Assembly: GCA_039680575.1 (NCBI GenBank)
Contig: JBDKSP010000077.1
Coordinates: 1 to 64,000 of the forward strand
Origin: Armatimonadota bacterium
GTDB taxonomy: Bacteria > Armatimonadota > UBA5829 > DTLH01
Direction: 5' to 3'
DNA length: 64,000 bases
The notes beneath the pieces were generated by a model that was not told the origin of the DNA, searched no databases, and saw only the letters and a program-made list of their open reading frames with translations. Positions 55,967 through 64,000 of the stretch are shown piece after piece. Every line of letters begins with the position of its first letter. Within the stretch, counting starts at the first letter, position 1. A program made the translations under genes and the position numbers.

Positions 55967-56473
55967 TCATTCCTGCGTTTTCTCCGATCCTGACTCGCTT
56001 CGTGTGTTCTCAGCCGCGGCCAGCTTCTCAAGTAGCGCCGTGGCCCACTCGGCAGGAGTAGTCTCAGCACCCTTCGGCTCCTCACCCTCACGGGCAATCT
56101 TGGTCGCCTTCAGGTCCTTCAAGTGGCAGCGGATCATCCGGTCCAGCCGCTCAGCAGCATCCCAGTCTCCAGCCTCCTGCGCACGTCCAAGCTTCAAGAA
56201 GTACACCGCAACGAGTTCCACCTGCATAAAGTCAGAGCTCTTGTTGAACACGAAGTCCTCGTGGAGCTGAGCAATGATGGCGTCGAAGAGCGGCTTCTCT
56301 TCAGGCGAGAGGAACCGGTCCGCATAGATGCCGTGCTTTAGTGCGTTGGTGTTGCCTTCGGGAGCGCCGCCCTTGCCTGTGGCTCCGCTGTTTCTTCGCC
56401 ATCGGCTGCTTCCGGCCTGGTCGCGAACGCCGATGGCCGCTTGGGTCTCTTCGGTTATCTTATTTTCAGTCAT
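55967..56473 (-). CDS. terS: Terminase small subunit
   Basis: GGAPEGNTNALKHG motif; ATG 56473. Confidence 0.75.
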   Translation of the reverse strand: MTENKITEETQAAIGVRDQAGSSRWRRNSGATGKGGAPEGNTNALKHGIYADRFLSPEEKPLFDAIIAQLHEDFVFNKSSDFMQVELVAVYFLKLGRAQEAGDWDAAERLDRMIRCHLKDLKATKIAREGEEPKGAETTPAEWATALLEKLAAAENTRSESGSEKTQE

Positions 56474-56549
56474 AAATGTGTTCCTATCGAGTCTGTTGTT
56501 ACGGCAAGTCGGAGATGGGCGGGGAAGGCATTTCTCGCCTCCAGAACGC

Positions 56550-57365
56550 TCACGCCGCCGCCTCTGTATCGAAGAGAGACTGCTGAAGAGCCGCTGCAGG
56601 CACGACGTCGCCGCCCGGTTTCCTGATGCCAAACGGACCATTATCCCCAGGCACCACTTTGCCGCCGAACACACGCTTTACCTCGCATACCGTCTTCAGC
56701 GCTTCGGGCTCAATGCCGACAAGCTCTTTCACTTCATCCAGAGTGAACGTAACCCTCTCTGACCACTTGGCCGGGATGAAAACAGTCTCGTCTCTTGCGA
56801 TGACGATCACATCATCGAAGATACTCGTCCGCAGGACTGCGTAACCTTGTGTGGAAAGCCGTAGCCACAGATTCCTGGCTTCGGGAGATGACGGTGTGCC
56901 GAAGGAAGCGGTTCTTCGATAGTCTTCGTATGTCTTCTCGGATGGAGGAGTGTATGTGCTGGGCTTAAGCGCTCCAACTGCCCGCAAAAGTTCCTCTTCA
57001 CCTATATGCTTTACCGCCCATTTGTGGATCGCATTGAACCGGGTCCGCAGTTCCTCGAAGATCTCCGGCTTCATCCGGCTAGCATCATGAGCCTTCTTCA
57101 CCTGAGTCATCTTGTCTCGAAGCCAGGCATAGTAAGGAGGGTCGAGCTGTCTGTAGCATACATCCGCCATCAGCTCATATCCGTAACGGACGTCGTCGGC
57201 ATCGAAGGAGTCGAGGTTGGTGGCGACAAACAGGATGTCGCGCGCGTAAGGGTTCGGTGTGGCGTTCTCCTTCACTTGGGAATCTGCTGGTTCGGTCTGT
57301 ATCGTATCTGCCTTCTCGACGCTCTCGACAAGCGGAAGACTGTTCATCAGGCTCACTCGTATCAC
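56550..57365 (-). CDS. Hypothetical phage protein
   Basis: First gene after motif copy 3; start may be GTG 57356. Confidence 0.7.
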   Translation of the reverse strand: MIRVSLMNSLPLVESVEKADTIQTEPADSQVKENATPNPYARDILFVATNLDSFDADDVRYGYELMADVCYRQLDPPYYAWLRDKMTQVKKAHDASRMKPEIFEELRTRFNAIHKWAVKHIGEEELLRAVGALKPSTYTPPSEKTYEDYRRTASFGTPSSPEARNLWLRLSTQGYAVLRTSIFDDVIVIARDETVFIPAKWSERVTFTLDEVKELVGIEPEALKTVCEVKRVFGGKVVPGDNGPFGIRKPGGDVVPAAALQQSLFDTEAAA

Positions 57366-57385
57366 CTCGTTGGGGACATCCCCAA

Positions 57386-57419
57386 TTGATATGTACTTGC
57401 GAAAACTACGGGGTGTCGG
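57386..57419 (-). promoter_or_regulatory. Phage late-promoter-like motif, copy 3
   Basis: CCGACA-N16-AGTACATATCAA. Confidence 0.7.
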
Positions 57420-57435
57420 GATTTTTCGCCGAGGG

Positions 57436-57830
57436 GAAAGGTGGCACTGAAAGGTGGAGGCGAAAGGGGTGAAAGGTTATTAGGCCTGAGAACAACCTTT
57501 CACCCGACCCTTTCACCGGCCCAAGAAAGCCTCATTTGAGCTCTTTTTCCTTACCTCTATCTCTATAAAGGTGAAAGGGTGAAAGGTTATTAGTATATAC
57601 ACACCTACATGCGCGCGTGCATGTAATACAGGTGCGCACGCATGCATGAGAAGGGGGATAGAGGATATATTTATTCGCGCGTGTAGATAGGGGTGCGTTT
57701 CCGCCGGAACCTTTCACCCTTTCACCCATGAGGCCGGAACATGGGCGGATTTGAGCGTGAAATGCTCTCCTTTGCCCGAGTGAAAGGGTTCCGAAGACCT
57801 TTCACCCGGCTATCGTAAGAAAGTGAAAGG
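57436..57830. repeat. Iteron array / replication-origin-like region
   Basis: Ten GTGAAAGG copies in both orientations plus degenerate ones, around a purine-pyrimidine alternating palindromic core (57594-57650). Confidence 0.75.
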
Positions 57831-58157
57831 TCCCCGGATTCTCAAGGGTCGATTAAGCTATGTCAAAGGTTCGGACATAGTCGGCACCGTCATTCATCCT
57901 CACGATGAATCGCGCGTCCTACATGGTCTTCATATCGTTTGCCGCGCTATTCACAAAACGCAACAACCTTTTGACCTGAGACAACGCTACTGTACGATTT
58001 GCGGAGTGAACAATTTCTCCACCAAATTGGAAGATAGAATTTGGATATTCGAGGGCCACGCTCATTTGTGCCGATGTGAGCGTGGTTTTGCTTTGTACGG
58101 GGCCTGAGTCTGTGACGAGCTCCTCTGGACTGGGTTGAGGTGGATGTCACCCCAAAC

Positions 58158-58866
58158 TTACTCAACAGATTTTCTTTCTATCAGCTTTTCTTTGTTCTCT
58201 CTTATGGCCAACGCAGTAATTTCACGAACCATATCTGACTTACCATCAATGTACGATTGACGATCGTCATTAAACTACTTGCATAACCCCACTTTGTGCT
58301 TTGATAGTTTCTCTACCCATTCAGGATGGCCACGCATGAAATCACGGAAAAGCAAATGGTCGCGCAATGCAGCAGCGCCGGTAATACACACGTAGAAATG
58401 GTGAGGCGGTAAGGATTGCTGCAATTGAGGGTCGGTCAGCGTGAACGCTTCGCGGTCTGGAATGTCTAGATCTCCTAGTGCAGTTTCCAAAAAGTAGTTG
58501 TTAATTTCCAGATGGCAACATGCTCTCTGCGATATCGGATCAACAGGCCACTCTGAGATCAAAATAACCGTTAGCCCGCCTTCAACGATTGCATGCCAGA
58601 AATGTAATGTTATTTACTGGAAAATGCACTAGACGAACATATCCGATCGTCGCCAGGCAATCTCTGACTGTTGGGAATAGATCACTATCCACAATTACAT
58701 CGATATCAATAATGGGTTTTGCAGTCATCCCTGGAACGGCAGTGCTTCCAACGTGTTGAATCATATAAGGCACGCTGGCTAGAGAGGGTTCCACAAATGC
58801 TTTTACTCTTTCGAACCAATGAGGCCATTCATCATTATAGGGCTGAACCAGGGTAACTCCATTCAT
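58158..58866 (-). pseudogene. GrpB-family (UPF0157) protein, disrupted
   Basis: HVGSTAVPG..AKPIIDID, HLLFRD, YIDGKS; split by a 150-bp insert plus an in-frame TAG at 58277-58275. Confidence 0.85.
58479..58628. mobile_element. 150-bp MITE with terminal inverted repeats flanked by CTAG
   Basis: CTAG at 58475-58478 and 58629-58632; TIRs TGCAGTTTCCAAAAAGTA / TGCATTTTCCAGTAAATA (14/18); removal restores GYVRLGDLDIPDREAF. Confidence 0.85.
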
Positions 58867-59595
58867 AACATATGTCTCTTTCCATCGTAATGACTATTGC
58901 TCTTATATGAGAATAAGCAACGCAATTATACATTGATTCGTTCCAGACCACCAAGCTCTAAAGGCCCTACTGTATAGCGAGAGGGCGGAAGTCCCAGGAC
59001 TCTCTTGCGAGCAACTAATGTTTTCGATAAGTCCCCATCTGTTTCAGCTAGGCCATCGGTAGGTCATAGCCAAGGCATTCAATAGAATTGGACTTGATGA
59101 CACCTATGACGAGCAGGCACTTGTTCCTAACGCGTAACTGAACTCCTCGACATACCAAACAACTTGACCCTACACCCTGATAATCAGCGCTCAAGCGAGC
59201 TTCTCGCATATGGTCATCTTTTTTGTCTAGGTTGCTTCGAATAGATCTTCGTTTAGACTTTCAAGCACAAAGCAATGCTCGTGCAAAGTGGCAACACACC
59301 CAGTGTCTCAGTAGCACCTGTCGTTCTGTGAAAACGACCGAGCGTCCACAATTTGTATGTTGGACAAGACTGGAATCCTTTATTGCCTTCTTCTTTTGTC
59401 GGAATGCAGTTTCAATAAATAGGAGCAGAGCACCTATTGTCCGATATTTGATATATTTGACAATTCAGACTACCTGCTGTAAATTACTTTATGAGCCCTA
59501 GGTAGTTTGAGGACTGCTGTTGGGCTATTTTCGTATTACCTTCTGCCATGAATCGCGATTGGGCGTAATAGATTACACACAATGGAGGAATCGCT

Positions 59596-62500
59596 ATGTC
59601 TGAAGATGCGGATCTTATGCATAGCCTACTGGACCGAGAGATCAGCACGGAGTCAGCTGATGAATTCGGTCACAGACACTTTGCAAAGGCACTTCAGAGC
59701 CTTATTGAGTTGCCGAACAAACCGCCATATAGCATAGGTCTTCTGGGCAAGTGGGGCACAGGCAAGAGCTCAATCAAAGAGCTGTACCGCGCTTGTTTGG
59801 AGGATGATGCCGCAAGATCCAAAGCAATAAAGCCAATCACTTTCAACGCCTGGAGGCACGGCGGTGAAGATATTAAGCGGGCTCTATTGCGGCACGTGTT
59901 TATGGAATTGAACGGCAATGAGGATGAGTTGCTTGATGCGCTTTCTCGACACGTCCAGACCGTGATACCGCAGCACAAGAGCTTCCGAATGGTCTTGCGC
60001 GACGTGGCGTTGAGGATACCTATCGCGCTTAGTTTGCTGATTATAGCAATATTGGTCAGCGCGTCAGCAACTTGGTACCTGAAGTGGCTACTAAATCTAT
60101 CTGAAAAGCCAACATTAACACTTATCGCAGGTGCTATGGGGGTTGCCATTACATTTCTGATCGGTAAACTCCTCGAGATTGGTAATTCTACGAACATTAC
60201 CCGCATAGAGCCGCCCAGTTCTACAGCGGAAGATTACGAACGTTTCCTTCTAAAGCAGATGCATACTTTTAAGGACGCGAACGGTGCGGATTGTACCAGA
60301 CTTGTTGTGTTCGTGGACGATCTAGATCGTCTCGGACCTGAAGAGATGGTGCGTGGATTGGATGCGATTCGCACTTTTATGGAGATTCCAACAAATCGAA
60401 TACCTGCCGGGCTAGGTGTAGTATTTGTGATATCGTGTGACGAAGAACGCGTGGCAAAGGTTTTGTCGGACCGTGACTGTAAACCAGGCGCCAGCCTGCC
60501 GGGCACAGTGTCTACACTCGGTGATGCTCACCGTTTCTTGGACCGCATTTTTCAATTTCGGCTCGATATACCGCCATTTCCTAAGCGCGACATGCGCACC
60601 TACGCAAAGAAACGACTTTGCCAAGATTTGCCTGAAATCGCTGCCGAACTTAATAAGCGAGGTGTGCTCGAAGAGGTCGTCAGCAGATTGATACATGTCG
60701 GAGTGCAGAGCCCGAGAAATGCAGTCCAACTTCTGAATATGTTTGCTCAGTGTTGGTGGCTGGCTAAGACGCGTGAAAGAGATGGATCGGGAACCGAGCG
60801 AACTGGTGGTCTACGGCAAGGAGCTGTCACCAGTCATCCAATCACCCTAGCGGTCGTCTGTGTACTTCGTGTTGACTTTCCCGACTTCTATGAAGATCTT
60901 CTGCAAGAACCAGAGTTAGTAGATTCATTCACTAAAGTCTGCATTCGCGGAGGAGCTTTCGGCGAGCAAGCAGAATCAGTACAAAGAATCTTAAGGAAGT
61001 ATTTCAATCCTGAAACAAATGATTTAACGAACGAAGACTATCGTCCACTGCTGCGCTATATCAACAGCCTTCAGGAACTCGTATGGCCCTCATCCAAGAT
61101 GCCACTGCTGCTATTATCTCAAGACCCGCTGACTCGTAAGGTTGGTGATAGGGGCCCGAGGCTCAATGATGCGCTTGTTTCTGCAGATCATCGTGAGGTG
61201 CTGAGAATTCTCGGTCATGATAAGGATGCCAAACCATTATCTCAGGATGATATTGACCAACTTCACGAAGTTATGGAGGACTTCATAGAAGACGAATCAA
61301 TCGACCGACGTAGAAATGCGGATGTAGCAATCGCAGCTCTATTAGACCGATTGCCGGAAAAACACTCGGACAAGCTGCTGATACGTCTTATCCGCCGTTT
61401 GATTCAATACCCTGAACTGCGATGGAGGCTGGGCATTGTCAAGATAGGTCATGTCCTTAGTCGAGGGCACACTGGTGACCGAAGAGAATTGGCACGCATA
61501 CTAGTAGATAGTGTACTCAAAACGGAAGGTGAGATCGGTTTTCGACGTACAGTTGAGAATGCTCTAACACTAGATGAGGCCATATCAGTGGCACGAGAAA
61601 CGTGCAGCATAGTATTAGAAGTCCGTGCGAAGGACGGTCTGGACAATCAGTCAGAGACGGCCTTACTCAACTGGCTCGAAAAGCGGCATGTTATGGTCGG
61701 TGGAGAAGAAGGCCATCTGCAAATCCAGGATTTGGAGCAATGGATGTCCGAGTACGAAGACGGTTTACTGTTACCGATGGGGGCAAGCTACACTCGTTCA
61801 TTGCTGGAAGAACTGGATGCCGGACACCCAGTTGAAAACGATGCTATAGATCGGGCTCGGTGTGTGTTTGAGATGCTTCGAGGAGGGGATGCATTTGAGC
61901 AAGCGGAGCTTTGGGCACAGCTCTGTCGGTACGTTGCCGTGGTTCAACCACAAGCAGTTACACTCGCGCATGAATGTGCAAGCAAGAACGTGGGAAATGC
62001 GGACGAGAAAACGATCTCGGCGTTCACGAAATCATTTGCCGACCGTATAGCTAGGCATGCCGTCAAGAATCAAAAGCGCTACGCAATCGACGACTTAACG
62101 CAGGGTCATACGCTGCTCAATCTTATCAGGCAGCGACCAGAATCGCTCGATGAAGAATGCCGGCAGGCACTAATTCCACTTGCTAAGTCATGGGGAACGA
62201 CTGCAGAAAAAGCCAATATGGCGATAGGCATTCTTGATGTGTTGTGTGAGCTAGACAAGCGAAGCAGCCAAATAATATCGGATTGGATCGAAAGGCTATT
62301 GAACGACTTGCCTGAGCCATGTCTTGACTGGCTAAGCCAGCATTTCACGGACAAGCTTACTAATAGTCAGCGCACTGGCATAACGGACCAGATGCGCGTC
62401 CTCTGTGGCCGAGATGATATCTCGAAGGACGAAGGCAAGCGGTATTGCCGAATACTCAAGACAATGTCGCCTGAGTCCATCAAGTCAAAGCCTATGCAGG

Positions 62501-63609
62501 ATCATCTTGCATTTCTTCTTGACCAGATTGGGGAGCGCTGTATCAGTCTTGATGGATTCTTCTATCGTGTATTCGAGGCCGTACCACCATTACTATCTAG
62601 CATTCCGTCGACAATTGTTGGGCCAATGCTGCAAAAGGTGTTTGATGGCCTGATTAATGAGCATGTTGCGTACGGTTGGGCTCATTATTGGATGGTGTCC
62701 TACTGGCCGCTTCCAAGTGATAAGCTGCAACCGTATAACCCACAGCATATCTTCGAACAAGGGCCCGTCGTGCTTGGCCAGTTTCCGGCTGACAAATGGG
62801 ATTGGGCCGTTCATATTGTGACTTCTATGGAGAAGATGATGGAGCGTGGGGTTGTTAGCAACGAGAATGCCGGGTCTTTAGTTGAGGCTGCTTGCCTTCT
62901 GTGGCCTTACAAGCAGGAAAAGGCTCTTAACACCATAACCGGGCAGGACGTTTCGCCTGATGTTCGCAAGATCGCCGGTCTTATGAACGGTATTGACTTC
63001 ACCAACGAGGAACAACGTGACCGTTTGTGTGAAGCTTGGCGGCATTTTGCAGGGCTGATCACTGAAGACGAAAGCCGCTTGGTAGCGAAGTCCATTCTAC
63101 AAAGTGCTCCTTTAGGAACGGAGCGTGACCCAGACTTGGCCCTTCAGGTGTGGGTGGACGAGAACCAAGTTCATCAATCGATTTTGCTTGATGGTTTGCT
63201 GCGTGATCTCGATCTCAATGATGACCAACGACAGAGAGTCTGGTTGCAGACTGAACGCCTTGCTCCTCATGTGGGTCTGAGCGTCTTCATTACTGTTCTT
63301 CCAGGGTTGCTTGGACTGCAGGACATTCCGAACACAACGAAGGCAGTGATTGAAGCACAGACGACGTTGACCAGATTGTGTGTAAATGACAGGGATCGAA
63401 TTAAACTCGGAACGGCGCTGCTAGATGCCTTCTTGCGTACATCATCTTTAGACTTAAAGAATAAGCTGGCTCTATGGATAAAGGAGGCCAAGGCCGCTTC
63501 CTCGCTTAACCAGATGCAAAAATTGGGTAATCCGACTAAGGATGATATTCAGATACTTAAGAGTTACTTTCCTGGTTCTCGCGCACTTAAGAAGTACAAG
63601 AACATATAA
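59596..63609 (+). CDS. KAP-family P-loop NTPase with long C-terminal extension
   Basis: GKWGTGKS, FNAW, two TM helices, VVFVDDLDR, FLDRIFQ, SPRN. Confidence 0.9.
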   Translation: MSEDADLMHSLLDREISTESADEFGHRHFAKALQSLIELPNKPPYSIGLLGKWGTGKSSIKELYRACLEDDAARSKAIKPITFNAWRHGGEDIKRALLRHVFMELNGNEDELLDALSRHVQTVIPQHKSFRMVLRDVALRIPIALSLLIIAILVSASATWYLKWLLNLSEKPTLTLIAGAMGVAITFLIGKLLEIGNSTNITRIEPPSSTAEDYERFLLKQMHTFKDANGADCTRLVVFVDDLDRLGPEEMVRGLDAIRTFMEIPTNRIPAGLGVVFVISCDEERVAKVLSDRDCKPGASLPGTVSTLGDAHRFLDRIFQFRLDIPPFPKRDMRTYAKKRLCQDLPEIAAELNKRGVLEEVVSRLIHVGVQSPRNAVQLLNMFAQCWWLAKTRERDGSGTERTGGLRQGAVTSHPITLAVVCVLRVDFPDFYEDLLQEPELVDSFTKVCIRGGAFGEQAESVQRILRKYFNPETNDLTNEDYRPLLRYINSLQELVWPSSKMPLLLLSQDPLTRKVGDRGPRLNDALVSADHREVLRILGHDKDAKPLSQDDIDQLHEVMEDFIEDESIDRRRNADVAIAALLDRLPEKHSDKLLIRLIRRLIQYPELRWRLGIVKIGHVLSRGHTGDRRELARILVDSVLKTEGEIGFRRTVENALTLDEAISVARETCSIVLEVRAKDGLDNQSETALLNWLEKRHVMVGGEEGHLQIQDLEQWMSEYEDGLLLPMGASYTRSLLEELDAGHPVENDAIDRARCVFEMLRGGDAFEQAELWAQLCRYVAVVQPQAVTLAHECASKNVGNADEKTISAFTKSFADRIARHAVKNQKRYAIDDLTQGHTLLNLIRQRPESLDEECRQALIPLAKSWGTTAEKANMAIGILDVLCELDKRSSQIISDWIERLLNDLPEPCLDWLSQHFTDKLTNSQRTGITDQMRVLCGRDDISKDEGKRYCRILKTMSPESIKSKPMQDHLAFLLDQIGERCISLDGFFYRVFEAVPPLLSSIPSTIVGPMLQKVFDGLINEHVAYGWAHYWMVSYWPLPSDKLQPYNPQHIFEQGPVVLGQFPADKWDWAVHIVTSMEKMMERGVVSNENAGSLVEAACLLWPYKQEKALNTITGQDVSPDVRKIAGLMNGIDFTNEEQRDRLCEAWRHFAGLITEDESRLVAKSILQSAPLGTERDPDLALQVWVDENQVHQSILLDGLLRDLDLNDDQRQRVWLQTERLAPHVGLSVFITVLPGLLGLQDIPNTTKAVIEAQTTLTRLCVNDRDRIKLGTALLDAFLRTSSLDLKNKLALWIKEAKAASSLNQMQKLGNPTKDDIQILKSYFPGSRALKKYKNI

Positions 63610-64000
63610 AGGCAGCGTGCTATGGCACGGCGATGGATTTGTCTACTCAGACCAGATAAAGCCTGCTACACAATGATGAGGTCGTGGCGTTACCTCTTAC
63701 TGACTTGAGATTAAGGAGCCAGATGTGGGAACTGCAGCGGCTGTGTTCTGGGGCAGTGACATCAAGATCTCATCGGCAGAATCCTTATCCGATAACAGTG
63801 CATCCCTGCGAAGCTGCAGTTTGTCGAGCACGAACTTGTGGCGCAGTTCTACGTTCGTCCATACCTCACTCCATCTCAGCACGTATACTTTGTAGCGGCC
63901 GATCTTGTGCGCTAGATGCTTCTCGCCGTGTGGCTTGCAGTTTTCGATCTCCTGCTCAATGTGCTTGTCATAATCCTTGCCGATGAGGTAAAACTCCCAA

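Larger units (their letters stand above)
14457..57830 (-). mobile_element. Myovirus-like prophage / phage-plasmid (boundaries approximate)
   Basis: Colinear packaging-head-neck-contractile tail-baseplate genes between a tyrosine recombinase and an iteron region. No att duplication identified. Confidence 0.85.

Noticed and set aside
54267..55970. 567-aa minus-strand ORF starting at the terS stop (ATGA)
   Set aside because: Antisense to three well-supported genes with no recognisable motif; probable shadow ORF, though a short real 5' part cannot be excluded.
57436..57830. Possible CRISPR array
   Set aside because: Repeats are 8 bp, in both orientations and irregularly spaced; no cas genes.
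58275..58277. In-frame TAG as possible stop-codon recoding
   Set aside because: The gene is already broken by a MITE, and TAG ends other intact genes normally.
58870..59590. 700-bp gap as a possible ncRNA or retron element
   Set aside because: No convincing structure, repeat or linked reverse transcriptase seen; probably decayed sequence.
63788..63813. ATCCGATAA half-site as a partner att/lox site
   Set aside because: Spacer does not match TACTGTC or CACGTC and the second arm is poor.

Overview
The window has three parts. (1) 1-13.5 kb: the end of an IS21-like element truncates a HARE-HTH (Mrr-type) gene remnant. A minus-strand operon follows, headed by a 2951-aa secreted protein (OB-fold repeats, four beta-helix blocks, vWA, C-terminal NlpC/P60) and trailed by three small secreted proteins, with a divergent XRE regulator. 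The OB-fold repeats resemble Armatimonadota surface proteins, so that host is only inferred. (2) ~14.4-57.8 kb: a myovirus-like prophage or phage-plasmid, mostly on the minus strand, with terminases, portal, long MuF, capsid, neck, sheath/tube, tape measure, PAAR baseplate, fibre, an amidoligase-GATase-GGCT cassette, two tyrosine recombinases, an AbrB-Doc toxin-antitoxin pair, an iteron origin-like region and two opposite-strand morons (RecQ, His-rich DMT transporter). No endolysin, repressor or replication gene is recognisable in the window. (3) 58-64 kb: a MITE-disrupted grpB-family pseudogene and a 1337-aa KAP NTPase. Most striking: two complete DNA adenine methyltransferases fused to the prohead protease/scaffold; a MuF head protein carrying kinase-like and ADP-ribosyltransferase-like domains (together suggesting a capsid-delivered enzyme payload); a probable invertible promoter between two inverted lox-like sites before a Cre-like recombinase; and a CCGACA-N16-AGTACATATCAA promoter-like motif found three times with identical spacing. 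All family calls come from motif recognition, not database searches.
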